A stretch of DNA of 64,000 nucleotides. It comes from a virus. The notes beneath the pieces were generated by a model. That model saw nothing but the letters and a program-made list of their open reading frames with translations. It did no database searches and was not told the DNA's origin. The position numbers and the translations under genes are program-made. Numbering within the stretch: position 1 is the first letter of the stretch; each line of letters starts with the position of its first letter. The DNA lies in IMG/VR virus record IMGVR_UViG_3300035698_021020, positions 8,391-72,390 of that record, one strand, 5' to 3'. Positions 1-10,190 of the stretch are shown one piece after another.

Positions 1-1
1 T

Positions 2-244
2 GTTATCGCAAATCGTGATGATGGATATGAAGGAAGCTATAAGTTCTTCGAAATGAGAACAGACTATTTTAGATTGACTGAGGAAGTTGGAATAAATAGT
101 GAATACTATAGCGATGACGAACAAATCGGTCAGCTAGAAGAAGAAATTAGAGCAGAAACAAATGCTGTTGCTTCTGGACTGAATGATGGAATAACATTAG
201 CTGGTGAAGGAGATTATGATAATCTCTTTGACGCAATAAAATAA
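2..244 (+). CDS. C-terminal end of a gene truncated by the window edge, possibly gp41/DnaB-like replicative helicase
   Basis: Frame is open from position 2 (VIANRDDGYEGSYKFFEMRTDYFRLTEE), resembling the NR-x-G...RL-x-E end of gp41-type helicases, followed by an acidic tail. Confidence 0.45.
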   Translation, partial: VIANRDDGYEGSYKFFEMRTDYFRLTEEVGINSEYYSDDEQIGQLEEEIRAETNAVASGLNDGITLAGEGDYDNLFDAIK

Positions 245-254
245 TCCAATATGG

Positions 255-824
255 ATGAGTATAGACGACACAGAAAACACATATCATCGTGAGGAATCAA
301 ATGAGGAAATACACTCAAGACGTTCTAAAGAAGATAAAATATTCGGAAACGGCTACAAAACCGGTGATGGTCTTTCTGAGGACGATGAATATCAATATAC
401 ATCATCAATAGAGGTAGAAGCATCTTATGCTAATAGATACCTAAAGGATATTTACGAATATGAATCTGGGATAGAATCTAACTTTACATTAGATACTATT
501 TTTGATATCGTTAAAAAAGATAAACGAATCACTACTATTTTAGAAGAAGCTGCATCTGACTCCAAATCAGCTAAGATTAAACTAAAAAGAGAACAAGTTA
601 ATTTCATTTTCTTTAGAATAGAAGAGTTATTATTGGAGGAAACTGATTCATCTATATTCAATAGCTCAATTTATATTTTAGAAGTAATCTCAGCTTTGTC
701 TTCGAATGAATATAAGAAATTATTTGATATGCTTGATACAGAAATCCAAGAAAAACTACTTATTGAATTAAATGAGAAGTATAAATTCTTAGATGGCAAG
801 ATGAACAAAAAACGTATACACTAA
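255..824 (+). CDS. hypothetical protein
   Basis: 189 aa ORF tightly packed in the operon; no recognisable motif. Confidence 0.6.
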   Translation: MSIDDTENTYHREESNEEIHSRRSKEDKIFGNGYKTGDGLSEDDEYQYTSSIEVEASYANRYLKDIYEYESGIESNFTLDTIFDIVKKDKRITTILEEAASDSKSAKIKLKREQVNFIFFRIEELLLEETDSSIFNSSIYILEVISALSSNEYKKLFDMLDTEIQEKLLIELNEKYKFLDGKMNKKRIH

Positions 825-1057
825 TGGGAACCTTTCTAAAAGTCAAAACTGTTTCAGGAATTGAGACGGTTATTAATATGGATAATATATTTCAATATTT
901 TTTCCTACATGCTTCACCTAATTCAGGATTATATTTACACACAAGCCAAACATCCTTGATAGTTCATACTATTGTTGAAGCTGAGGCCAGAAAAATGGAA
1001 AAGGATATGGATAAACTCCTTAAAACTATTGACTTAGCTTCACTATCAAATCAATGA
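824..1057 (+). CDS. hypothetical protein
   Basis: 77 aa; stop/start overlaps with both neighbours. Confidence 0.55.
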   Translation: MGTFLKVKTVSGIETVINMDNIFQYFFLHASPNSGLYLHTSQTSLIVHTIVEAEARKMEKDMDKLLKTIDLASLSNQ

Positions 1058-2160
1058 TAACATCAATTGAAAACATACGTAAGGTTTTCATATTGGGTGA
1101 TCTTCATATTGGAGTTCGCAACAACTCAAAAGAATGGGTTGAAATACAGAGAAACTTTTTAATTAACCACTTCGTCAAACTAGTTGACGAAGAAGGTTTT
1201 GATCCTGACCGAGATATTCTTATTCAACTTGGGGATTGGCATCATGTTAGAGAATCAATGAATGTCAGAGTTTTTCATGAATCATTGATGATAGCTGAAA
1301 CTCTATGTAAGAAATTCAAACGTGGAGTTTTTGAGATCGTTGGGAACCATGACGTTTATTACAAAGATAGAACTGATGTCAACTCGATGACTATATTAGA
1401 CAAGACTATTGATAATTTCCATGTATATGAGAAAACTACTGTTCTTAATGTAAATGGTCAGAAATTCTTAATGCTTCCATGGATAGAATCAGTATCTGAA
1501 ATCAAAGATGAAGTTCTAACCCATGATGATTGTGATTATATCTTCTGTCATGCTGATGTTAAAACCTTTGCTTTGAATCGTAGAATGAAATTGGAACATG
1601 GTCTAGAACGTAAAGATCTTGAGAATTTCAAGCATGTTTTTATGGGACATATTCATATTAGGCAAAATAAAGGAAATGCGACATACGCTGGTACTCCATA
1701 TGAATTAGATAGAGGAGATCGTGGAAATACTAAGGGATTCTATGTATTGAACCTTGAAGATGATTCGATTAAATTCATAAAGAACTTATTTTCTCCCGTC
1801 CACGTCAAATATGAAGCGCTTGATATCTTGGAATTAACTCTAACTGAAGCTAAGGAGAAATTCAACAATAACTTTGTCGATATTATGATAGATTCAGAAT
1901 TAGCTTCTAAGTTTCCATATGCAGATTTTGCTGAACTTATTGATAATTCAAAACACCGCAGATTAGACTTTTTACCAAAACCTAATTCCAAATCAGCATT
2001 AGAATCTGACGTAGATTTAAACCAATCATATGAATATAACATCTTTAATATACTTGATGAGAAGATAAATGCGATGAAGATCTCATCAGATGCTGCTGGA
2101 AAAATAAAAGGAAAATTCACACAAGTGTATGATTCAATAAGCGCAGACTCAGCCGAATGA
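1054..2160 (+). CDS. gp47: recombination endonuclease subunit (Mre11/SbcD-like, T4 gp47)
   Basis: Phosphoesterase motifs GDLH, GDW, GNHD, CHAD, GHIH; directly upstream of the Rad50-like gene. Confidence 0.92.
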   Translation: MITSIENIRKVFILGDLHIGVRNNSKEWVEIQRNFLINHFVKLVDEEGFDPDRDILIQLGDWHHVRESMNVRVFHESLMIAETLCKKFKRGVFEIVGNHDVYYKDRTDVNSMTILDKTIDNFHVYEKTTVLNVNGQKFLMLPWIESVSEIKDEVLTHDDCDYIFCHADVKTFALNRRMKLEHGLERKDLENFKHVFMGHIHIRQNKGNATYAGTPYELDRGDRGNTKGFYVLNLEDDSIKFIKNLFSPVHVKYEALDILELTLTEAKEKFNNNFVDIMIDSELASKFPYADFAELIDNSKHRRLDFLPKPNSKSALESDVDLNQSYEYNIFNILDEKINAMKISSDAAGKIKGKFTQVYDSISADSAE

Positions 2161-3845
2161 AATTATTAGAAGTATCATATAGAAATCTTATTTCCTACGG
2201 AAATATTATGCAGACCTTTAAATTTGGCGATGAACCTAGATTAGTATTAGTCGAAGGACCAAATGGCGCAGGTAAATCCTCAATTAAAGAAGCTCTTACT
2301 GTTTCAGTTTATGGCAAGTCTGCAATTCGAGCAATGAAGGATATCCCAAATTGGATAAACAAAAATGCATATACTCGTATTAAATTTCTAACTAACTCTG
2401 GAGAACTTGTAGATATTGAACGTGGAATAGCACCAAATTTTAGTAATATAATTATTGATGGTGTTCCATTTAATCTTCCAGATAAACGAAAAGTTGATGA
2501 ATTTATAGAAGACGATTTGGCTAGAATTCCATTTAGCGTTTTCTGTAACACAATAAGTTTATCATTTGACGACTTTAAATCATTTGTGAATCTCAATAGA
2601 GTAGATAAAGAGAAAATTGTTGATAGAATATTTGGAATTGATATTCTTTCTAAGATGAGAACAGTAGTTAAACAAGAGCTTAGCGACAGTAAGAAAGAAT
2701 TAGCTACCGTTAATGCACAAATATTAAAAGATAGATCTACACTACAAAGATCTATGGCCCAATTAGACGAACTAAAGGAGAAACTTACTCAAAAGAAAGA
2801 TAAAGAAGCAGAGGACTTAAGAAATAAGATAAAGGCTGACTCTATTTCTTTAGAGACGCTGGCCAAAACTAACGACCTGAAAAAGAACGAAGTTCAATTG
2901 GCCATAGAAAAAACATTATCTTATAGAGATAGTGCAAAGGCAATACAATTAAAAGTAGCACAAGTAGATAAGAATCTAGATCTATATAAGAATAACACTT
3001 GTCCACATTGCTTAAATGACTTAACATCTAATACCTCAAATCAAATTAAGGAAACTTTAGAATTAAAAAGAGAAACACTTCGAGATAATATTCCAGAAAT
3101 AGCTAAATCGTTTAAATTAGCGAAAGCTGAATTAGAGGAATTAATTGCATCTCAAAATATATCAAATGCTGATTATCATAGAGCTCAAGCCGATATTTCT
3201 AATTTGAAATCTGATTTAGCGTCTATTATTGCTAATATGGTAACTGATGAAACTGAATCTATTCAGAGCATCATTGATTCAATAAGTGGAGATATTGATT
3301 CTAGTTCTGTTGATCATGAGCATAAGAGCGAAGAAGTAGAGCTATATTCGACTCTAGATATACTCCTGTCTGAGTCTGGTATAAAGAAAACATTAATTAA
3401 TAAGATTATACCAACTCTAAATAATAGGATCGCTGCCATATCTGAAAGACTTGAATTCAAATTCTCTTTTTCATTCGATAGTAATTTTGACCCGACTGTT
3501 AATTATCTTGGAATGGATATTCCTCCTTCTGCTTTATCTACTGGACAAAGGAAAAAGATGAACTTAATTGTTCTTCTAGCATTCATCGAAATAATTAAGA
3601 TGAAGCATGGCAAAATGAATATTATGTTCTTAGATGAGATATTCAGCTCATTAGATAAGAATAATGTGTATATGGCCATGGAAATACTTAGGGAGTATGC
3701 AAACAAATATAAAATGACCATATTTGTTGTATCACATGAGACATTACCAGAAGAATTCTTTGATACTAGAATTGTAGTTAAAGAGAGAAACGGCTTCTCA
3801 GAAATGGAAGTGATTGAAACAGTTAATCAAATCGCTAAACCTTGA
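2157..3845 (+). CDS. gp46: recombination ATPase subunit (Rad50/SbcC-like, T4 gp46)
   Basis: Walker A GPNGAGKS, coiled coil with CPHC zinc hook, signature LSTGQ, Walker B FLDEIF, VSH. Confidence 0.93.
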   Translation: MKLLEVSYRNLISYGNIMQTFKFGDEPRLVLVEGPNGAGKSSIKEALTVSVYGKSAIRAMKDIPNWINKNAYTRIKFLTNSGELVDIERGIAPNFSNIIIDGVPFNLPDKRKVDEFIEDDLARIPFSVFCNTISLSFDDFKSFVNLNRVDKEKIVDRIFGIDILSKMRTVVKQELSDSKKELATVNAQILKDRSTLQRSMAQLDELKEKLTQKKDKEAEDLRNKIKADSISLETLAKTNDLKKNEVQLAIEKTLSYRDSAKAIQLKVAQVDKNLDLYKNNTCPHCLNDLTSNTSNQIKETLELKRETLRDNIPEIAKSFKLAKAELEELIASQNISNADYHRAQADISNLKSDLASIIANMVTDETESIQSIIDSISGDIDSSSVDHEHKSEEVELYSTLDILLSESGIKKTLINKIIPTLNNRIAAISERLEFKFSFSFDSNFDPTVNYLGMDIPPSALSTGQRKKMNLIVLLAFIEIIKMKHGKMNIMFLDEIFSSLDKNNVYMAMEILREYANKYKMTIFVVSHETLPEEFFDTRIVVKERNGFSEMEVIETVNQIAKP

Positions 3846-3863
3846 TCACTATTTAGTGTATAA
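3837..3863 (+). promoter_or_regulatory. putative early/middle promoter AAAC-N17-GTATAA
   Basis: One of 8 copies of AAAC-N16/17-GTA(T/G)AA, each just upstream of a gene start. Confidence 0.6.
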
Positions 3864-3884
3864 AATATAAAGACTTACTGAAAT

Positions 3885-4748
3885 ATGATAATGCATCATG
3901 GCGAGACATTCGCTGACGTATACCAAAATAGTTTAATTGAGTTGATGACTGATCCAGAATATCATACTCGACCTAGAGATATGTTAGTAAATGAAAACAC
4001 TAATGTTGCTCTTCAAATAGGTAATCCATTATCTTGTTTATATAATACAGAGGCTAGATCTTCTATGAAGAAATATATAGCTGCAGAACTTCTATGGTAT
4101 TTCATGGGTAGGCGAGAGGTAGAGTTCATTTCCAAATATGCTAAATTTTGGAAAAGCATAGATAATGGTGATGGAACAGTAAATTCAGCATATGGTTATC
4201 TACTATTTAAAGAATATGGATTAACTGGAATTACTCAATATGAATGGGCATACAATTCATTAATTGAAGATAAAGATACCAGACAAGCTATTATGCATTT
4301 CAATATGCCTAAACACCAATATGAAGGAAATAAAGATTTTGTTTGTACTTTAACTGGAATATTCCAAATAAGAGACAATTGTTTGAATTTGAGTATAAAC
4401 ATGAGAAGTAATGATGTTATTTGGGGATTACCCACGGATCTCGTATTCTTTGTAATTTTACAAAGCCAAATGCTTTCTCATTTAAAAACAAAATACCCAG
4501 ATCTTAAAATGGGATCATATACTCATTATGCTCATTCATACCACATTTATGAAAAGCATTTTGAACAAGTCACAGACATGATAAATTTACCATTCAAATC
4601 AGAAAATATTCCATCAGTTGGATTAGACCTTATTGATGTTCATGGTAATGCTACATCAGATTTTCAATTATTATTTAAAAACTATGAAGAGACTGATACT
4701 CTTTATGAAGACCCACTATACTCATGGATACATCAAAACTTAAAGTAA
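3885..4748 (+). CDS. thymidylate-synthase-fold enzyme, dCMP hydroxymethylase (T4 gp42)-like
   Basis: NSAYG, DTRQA, catalytic DFVCT, RSNDVIWGLPTD with Asp at the E. coli TS Asn177 position, HSYHIYE. Confidence 0.8.
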   Translation: MIMHHGETFADVYQNSLIELMTDPEYHTRPRDMLVNENTNVALQIGNPLSCLYNTEARSSMKKYIAAELLWYFMGRREVEFISKYAKFWKSIDNGDGTVNSAYGYLLFKEYGLTGITQYEWAYNSLIEDKDTRQAIMHFNMPKHQYEGNKDFVCTLTGIFQIRDNCLNLSINMRSNDVIWGLPTDLVFFVILQSQMLSHLKTKYPDLKMGSYTHYAHSYHIYEKHFEQVTDMINLPFKSENIPSVGLDLIDVHGNATSDFQLLFKNYEETDTLYEDPLYSWIHQNLK

Positions 4749-4948
4749 AATTAACCGGAGCCTTGACTGCTGGAATTAGTGCAGTATTAATATATGCAGT
4801 TCTTTCTGCTTGTTGCATGGCTGTGTATTATAGTACGAATCTATCTGAGTTATTTAATATTGATCCTACATATTGGCAATGGCTTGGAATAGTATTCATA
4901 ACATCTATACTTTTTAACGATATTCCAATTACATTTAAAAACAAATAA
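4724..4948 (+). CDS. small membrane protein
   Basis: 74 aa with two hydrophobic stretches. Confidence 0.55.
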   Translation: MDTSKLKVKLTGALTAGISAVLIYAVLSACCMAVYYSTNLSELFNIDPTYWQWLGIVFITSILFNDIPITFKNK

Positions 4949-5364
4949 TGGAGAAGCAATTAAAATACGATAAAGCCTATTTAAAAATGGCTACAGAATG
5001 GAAGAATCTTTCTTGTTGTAAGCGCAAGAAAGTTGGTGCATTAATAGTTAAGGATGGTGCAATAATTTCTGATGGATTTAATGGAACTCCTACTGGTTTT
5101 CCAAATGATTGCGAAGATCAAAACAATGAGACATATTGGTATGTACTTCATGCTGAAGCTAATGCTATATTAAAGGTAGCTAGATCTACACAAAGTACAG
5201 ACGGAGCTTCATTATATCTTACATATTCTCCATGTAAAGAATGTTCTAAGTTGATCCTGCAGTCTGGTATAAAACGAGTAGTATATCAAGATGAATATCG
5301 AGATATAATGGGTCTCAAAATACTTAGAGAAGCTGGAGTAGAAATAATTCAACTTACCTTATAA
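4948..5364 (+). CDS. dCMP deaminase
   Basis: HAEANA and PCKEC zinc motifs; KVGALIVKD...GFNG. Confidence 0.93.
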   Translation: MEKQLKYDKAYLKMATEWKNLSCCKRKKVGALIVKDGAIISDGFNGTPTGFPNDCEDQNNETYWYVLHAEANAILKVARSTQSTDGASLYLTYSPCKECSKLILQSGIKRVVYQDEYRDIMGLKILREAGVEIIQLTL

Positions 5365-5365
5365 T

Positions 5366-5797
5366 ATGGAGGAAGAACACACAGAAGAAGAAAAAGTAAT
5401 TCACAATATCTCAATAGTGTTTGTACGAGAATACAAATATTTCATTAGAGTATTTGAGAAGAAAACTAGGGAAGATTATATCCTGAATGTAAGTAAAATA
5501 ATTAAGGATAAATTTAAGTCAAAATTCATTGTTCCTAATAAGATTCAATCGTTTTTATTGAATTATGAAATAAAGAAACTTCTGGATAAAGCCATAAATA
5601 CCAAAAGCAGAAAATACAAAAGAGTTATTTATTTGAACTCAAATCTTTCTGAATCTGTTATATTGAATACAATTGATTTTATTAATGATGAGTATGTCGA
5701 TTTTAAATTCGATTACTCTTTAATAGAAAACGGCTCAGAAGATGAGCCGTTTCGTGAATTAGATATGTTGACTACTTTAGTTACTCCTCAGAAGTAG
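5366..5797 (+). CDS. hypothetical protein
   Basis: 143 aa ORF at the end of the operon. Confidence 0.55.
   Translation: MEEEHTEEEKVIHNISIVFVREYKYFIRVFEKKTREDYILNVSKIIKDKFKSKFIVPNKIQSFLLNYEIKKLLDKAINTKSRKYKRVIYLNSNLSESVILNTIDFINDEYVDFKFDYSLIENGSEDEPFRELDMLTTLVTPQK
5722..5752 (-). terminator. putative intrinsic terminator for the minus-strand late operon
   Basis: Perfect 10 bp stem AAACGGCTCA (5728-5737) / TGAGCCGTTT (5743-5752) with a 5 nt loop, T-rich 3' end on the minus strand, just downstream of the stop at 5781. Confidence 0.6.
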
Positions 5798-6584
5798 TAG
5801 GGACTTCATTTCCTTCTTCTTCATCCTCGTCCTCATCTCCGCCTTCTTCATAAGATTCAAGTTCAGATTCTATATCATCTAGTGCAGTTGCACTTAATAA
5901 ATCAGATTCTCCTTCTAAATCTACACCATCCTCATCATCATAATTTTCATAGTCATCTTGTGGTTCAGACTCATCAGGCTCTTCTATATTATCTCCATAC
6001 ATAGATGCATGATCTTCATCAGACATTGTTCCTGCATTAGATCCTATCATAAGGTCTTTAGCATCTTCATCATAGTATGCAACAACTTGTCCATCCTTTG
6101 TGAAGGCTTTACCGTTAATTCCACTTGGTGCAGCTCCGAAACCATCCCAATCTATTTTCCTTTTATCAAGTTCATCTTCAGCTAACGCAATATTACGTAC
6201 GCTTATTGTTTCTTGGTTTTCTCTAGAATATTGCTCATTCAGGAAAGAATCAAATGAAGTGATTGCGAATCCTTCTCCAATTACTTTAACTGGAATAGCT
6301 GTATGATATGGATCAGCATAATTTGTTGACTTCTTTCCTTCTTGCTTATATACAATATCATTTGTAGCAGCTTTATATGTAGAGTCATAATGAGGCGATT
6401 TAAACAGCTCGTGTCTTTCCATAGTGTGTTGGTATTGAGCTAATTTAGGTGCTTTATTGATTCGATTTCCTTTATCGTCTTTATATAGTTCTCCTGAAGC
6501 TGGTCCACCGAATCCAGGTTGAGTTAAATCCATATATCGATCGAAATCTAGAATATCTCTTCTCTTTGTGTCAAATACTTCCAT
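5781..6584 (-). CDS. hypothetical acidic protein, possible head internal protein
   Basis: 267 aa with a very acidic C-terminus and an internal ITSFDSFLNEQ motif. Confidence 0.6.
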   Translation of the reverse strand: MEVFDTKRRDILDFDRYMDLTQPGFGGPASGELYKDDKGNRINKAPKLAQYQHTMERHELFKSPHYDSTYKAATNDIVYKQEGKKSTNYADPYHTAIPVKVIGEGFAITSFDSFLNEQYSRENQETISVRNIALAEDELDKRKIDWDGFGAAPSGINGKAFTKDGQVVAYYDEDAKDLMIGSNAGTMSDEDHASMYGDNIEEPDESEPQDDYENYDDEDGVDLEGESDLLSATALDDIESELESYEEGGDEDEDEEEGNEVPTTSEE

Positions 6585-6588
6585 CTTA

Positions 6589-7158
6589 TTATACGTTTAT
6601 TTGTCCTATTCGTGATTCTTTCCAAGCATCAGCTCTAAACTTAGCATCAATATCATAAAGCTTATCAGAATTATAATCAAGGTCTAGTGGAGTTAATGCA
6701 CCATTTGGTATAACTGGTGTAAATTTGAATTCTCTAAAAATAGATGCTTCTTTATTTGCGATTCCAACATATATTTCTCCAACATAATCACGCTTAAGTC
6801 CTTGACGACCAGTTAATGGGTCATATACTAGATCTCCCCATGCACGTAATGTATTATAAATGTACATATTATTGTCATCGTTTAAATTAACTGTGAATTT
6901 AATTGCTAAATCAGCAATAGTGTCTTTAGGTATAGCAGAACCGAATGAACGTTTCGCAAATTTATACTTTTGTTCAACTAAATCAGTTGGTGTAAGTTCA
7001 GGAAGACCTGTAAGAGTCAGAACGTGTTCAACCAATAAATCAACGTTATCAGTTATCACAGAAGGTGGAGTAATGATCACCTCAAATTGATTGACGAATA
7101 TTGGCTCCCAATACTCAGTCGCTGCTTTAGAATTACTCCAGTGTGGTAAACCGGCCAT
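6589..7158 (-). CDS. gp19: tail tube protein (T4 gp19-like)
   Basis: Likely start MAGLPHW at 7158, 3' of late promoter 7179-7186; EPIFVNQFEV, LRAWGDLVYDPLTG..GLKRDY tube-like motifs. Confidence 0.75.
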   Translation of the reverse strand: MAGLPHWSNSKAATEYWEPIFVNQFEVIITPPSVITDNVDLLVEHVLTLTGLPELTPTDLVEQKYKFAKRSFGSAIPKDTIADLAIKFTVNLNDDNNMYIYNTLRAWGDLVYDPLTGRQGLKRDYVGEIYVGIANKEASIFREFKFTPVIPNGALTPLDLDYNSDKLYDIDAKFRADAWKESRIGQINV

Positions 7159-7177
7159 GTTGTAATGATTATTTAGT

Positions 7178-7996
7178 TTATTTATCTCCTCTAGTTGGAG
7201 TTTCGCTAGCTGCTGTTGAACTATCTTTAATATCAAACAAATTATCAAAGTCAGTCATCATGTGCGCTGCGATTTGTGAAGAACGATTAGAGTATGTTTC
7301 TATTGATACTTGATCTCCACTGAATTGTAGAATTAAACTAGGAAGAATAGTTCTAAAAATAACATCATATTGATTTTCAATATCATCAAATTCTTTAATT
7401 GATGAAATAGGATGCTGTGGGTCTTGTCCTAAATTTAAAGTGTGAGAACCTACTACGTTTACTTTGAATGCCTCCCAAGTTTTAACTCTTTGTCCATTTA
7501 AAGTATCAACCATTCCAGTTGAAGCCTTAAGTGTTATCTTTGGTGCTCCTGAATCAAGTCCGCTTGTTGATACTTCTCTAAAAGTTAAATGATCAGTTGT
7601 GAAATTAACTGTGTATTTAGTGCCAGCAAAGTGTTCCTTATTTAATTCAGTAATTCTAGTACTACTTAAACCAGATTCACCTTCGTTGGCCATTATGTTT
7701 GCATACTCAGGATTAATACGTTTTTTGATAGCTTCACTGGCCATCTCAAACTTTCTCTTAAGAATATTAACCTCACTTAATATTACATAAGTTGAGGTAG
7801 CAGTTCCGTCCTTCAGTTTAACATCTGGAAATATGTCTAACGTGTGTAATTTAGCATTAATTTGTTTAGGATCAATGTGAGTAACTCCATTAATTATAGA
7901 CCAGACTATTTCATGGCTCACAACTGCTTGAAAAACGAATCCACCATCTTTAGCAGATACGTTATCGCTATATGCTTCTTCAGTAAGTGGATACAT
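7178..7996 (-). CDS. hypothetical protein
   Basis: 272 aa ORF in the late operon. Confidence 0.6.
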   Translation of the reverse strand: MYPLTEEAYSDNVSAKDGGFVFQAVVSHEIVWSIINGVTHIDPKQINAKLHTLDIFPDVKLKDGTATSTYVILSEVNILKRKFEMASEAIKKRINPEYANIMANEGESGLSSTRITELNKEHFAGTKYTVNFTTDHLTFREVSTSGLDSGAPKITLKASTGMVDTLNGQRVKTWEAFKVNVVGSHTLNLGQDPQHPISSIKEFDDIENQYDVIFRTILPSLILQFSGDQVSIETYSNRSSQIAAHMMTDFDNLFDIKDSSTAASETPTRGDK

Positions 7997-8274
7997 TATT
8001 TCTTCTCTTTCTTCTCTTTGCTGTCTCTTTTATGAGTGTATGCTTTCCAAAGAGTATTGTATATGTTACATGACGCACCCAAGAAGTTAGCAATACCTAC
8101 AAACTTCTTTTTGTCTTGTCCATCCATGTTAGCGATTTTGACGCCAATTTTCTTGGCGTCATTTACTGTAAGTTCTTCATCCTCGTCTTTTCCAACGAGT
8201 TTCTTAAGATCTCCCTTCTTCTCTAACAAACGGAATTCATCAAAGCTTGTTATGGCTTTCTGAGTCATGTCCAT
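7996..8274 (-). CDS. small protein with capsid-targeting-like N-terminus
   Basis: KAITSFDEFRLLE. Confidence 0.6.
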   Translation of the reverse strand: MDMTQKAITSFDEFRLLEKKGDLKKLVGKDEDEELTVNDAKKIGVKIANMDGQDKKKFVGIANFLGASCNIYNTLWKAYTHKRDSKEKKEKK

Positions 8275-8277
8275 TAC

Positions 8278-8508
8278 TTAGTTTATCTTTTTATTCTTAA
8301 TTTGAGCAAGATGCTTAGTCGTGCCTTTCTTAATCGCTGGAGTACCTGCACCCTTAACTGGACCTACGCCCAATTCTTGGTTTACTTTTGCAGAACCACT
8401 TTTACCTTTATCAGCAACATTTGCTTTTTTTCGGTAGTTTTTATCAGCACTATTAAAAGCTGACATGAACTGTGCGTAATTCATTACTGGATTAGCCATT
8501 ATGTACAT
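8278..8508 (-). CDS. small basic protein, possible DNA-binding head protein
   Basis: Lys-rich 76 aa, VMNYAQFM N-terminal motif, late promoter at 8519-8526. Confidence 0.6.
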   Translation of the reverse strand: MYIMANPVMNYAQFMSAFNSADKNYRKKANVADKGKSGSAKVNQELGVGPVKGAGTPAIKKGTTKHLAQIKNKKIN

Positions 8509-8518
8509 GATTTTTTAT

Positions 8519-8526
8519 TATTTATC
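8519..8526 (-). promoter_or_regulatory. T4-like late promoter GATAAATA
   Basis: GATAAATAATAAAAAA on the minus strand upstream of 8508; motif recurs at more than 15 gene starts. Confidence 0.65.
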
Positions 8527-8571
8527 TTCTATTTGTCTAAAAAAAATAGTATCTTATACTTAATCCACACA

Positions 8572-8598
8572 AAACTAAATGACTTATCTGTGTATAAG
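8572..8598 (+). promoter_or_regulatory. putative early/middle promoter AAAC-N16-GTATAAG
   Basis: Recurrent motif ending 8 nt before the ATG at 8607. Confidence 0.6.
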
Positions 8599-8606
8599 TT
8601 AACTAC

Positions 8607-10190
8607 ATGGCAGAAATAACTCTAGACTTCAAACCGAGGAAACAACAAAAGGAAATGCTTGCCTTTACTACTTCTGCCATAAATAGTGGTAAGAAGTTTA
8701 TTATGATTGATGCACCAACGGGTACAGGCAAATCGTTCTTTGCGATTATGCTTTCTCATTGGTATACTAAGACTTATAATAAGAAAGCTAAGATTGATAT
8801 CCTGACCAACACCAAGCTCCTTCAGGACCAATATGTTGATGATTTCGAATTTGCTGCTAATCTAAAAGGAAACAATAATTATTACTGTGGGAAACACAAA
8901 ATAAATTGTGGAGAAGCTAAATTGATTAATAGAGCAAATAATGACCATTGTAAAATATGTCCTCATAGAATTGCTCAAAATAAATTCACAAGAAGTCCAT
9001 TAAGCCTTACTAATTTCCATCTAGCTACGTCATATATGATGTATCTTCCACAGTTTTTTCTTGAACGAGATGCTCGACTTCTAATTATTGATGAAGCAAA
9101 TATGTTTGAAGAGACTTTTTGTGACTTCATTGCTTCTACTTTGTCAGAAAGGAGTTTAAAATTAATGGATATTTGGGAACCATTTATGGAAAGTGATATA
9201 TCTCGATTAGATACTCTTCCAGCTATTTCTGGATATATTGCAGATGTAGTTATTCCATTGATTGATAATAAGATTGAAGAACACTTATCTGGAGTTAAGA
9301 ATCTCAGAGGTAAAAAGAAATTAGATGCGGCTAAGAAAGCAGACTTCATAGATAAAATCAAATGTAAATATGACAGATTTGTAGGCGATTCTGAGAATTA
9401 CAAAACAAATTGGATATTTGAAAAAGATCTAGATAATCACGGTAAAACTAGAATTACGGTTGAACCTATATGGGGAAACATTTATCTAAAAGAAAACTTT
9501 TGGGATAAATACGATCATATCGTCCTAATGTCGGGTACCATATTAGACCAGGAGTTATTCTCGTTTATTATGGGAATACCAAATGAAGAATCTACATATC
9601 TATCTTTGGATTGTCCATTTGATGCTGAGAAGCGACCAGTGATCTACGCTAAATTTGGTAAAATGTCATATTATGATAAAGCCGAAACTTTTAAAATAGC
9701 TGCACCAGTAATCGCAAATATTTTAAAAAAGAATGCAAAGCACAAAGGAATAATTCATACATCTACTTATCAGTTCAGTAAGTGGATACAGGAACAAGTC
9801 AAAGACAAGCGACTTCTATTTCATACTACTGCTACTAGAGAAAAAACACTTAAGAAACATATCGTAAGTCAAAAGGAGACAGTTATAGTTTCTCCATCCA
9901 TGATAAATGGAATTGACCTTAAAGATGAATTATCTAGATTTCAGATAATTTTAAAAGTACCTTTTCCTAATCTTATGAGTAAGAGAATAAAGAGGAGACT
10001 TGAAACTAAACCTGAATGGTATAATTGGAAAGCTCTTGCTGATTTACTTCAAGCATATGGCAGATCAATTAGAAATAGTACAGATTGGGCAGAAACATAT
10101 ATTTTGGATTCATGCTTTGATCAAATACGGTATAATGCACCACAATATTTCAAAGACGCATTAAAGATCAAAACACTACCTAAGAAATGA
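8607..10190 (+). CDS. DinG/Rad3-family SF2 helicase
   Basis: DAPTGTGKS, LQDQY, Cys cluster, IIDEAN, MSGT, GIDL, QAYGRSIR...D. Confidence 0.88.
   Translation: MAEITLDFKPRKQQKEMLAFTTSAINSGKKFIMIDAPTGTGKSFFAIMLSHWYTKTYNKKAKIDILTNTKLLQDQYVDDFEFAANLKGNNNYYCGKHKINCGEAKLINRANNDHCKICPHRIAQNKFTRSPLSLTNFHLATSYMMYLPQFFLERDARLLIIDEANMFEETFCDFIASTLSERSLKLMDIWEPFMESDISRLDTLPAISGYIADVVIPLIDNKIEEHLSGVKNLRGKKKLDAAKKADFIDKIKCKYDRFVGDSENYKTNWIFEKDLDNHGKTRITVEPIWGNIYLKENFWDKYDHIVLMSGTILDQELFSFIMGIPNEESTYLSLDCPFDAEKRPVIYAKFGKMSYYDKAETFKIAAPVIANILKKNAKHKGIIHTSTYQFSKWIQEQVKDKRLLFHTTATREKTLKKHIVSQKETVIVSPSMINGIDLKDELSRFQIILKVPFPNLMSKRIKRRLETKPEWYNWKALADLLQAYGRSIRNSTDWAETYILDSCFDQIRYNAPQYFKDALKIKTLPKK

Noticed and set aside
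7159-7248. Track N-terminal extensions (tail tube to 7248; also 40276, 46738 and 55649 starts)
   Set aside because: They run across promoter motifs or neighbouring genes; downstream ATGs fit the promoter and leader pattern better
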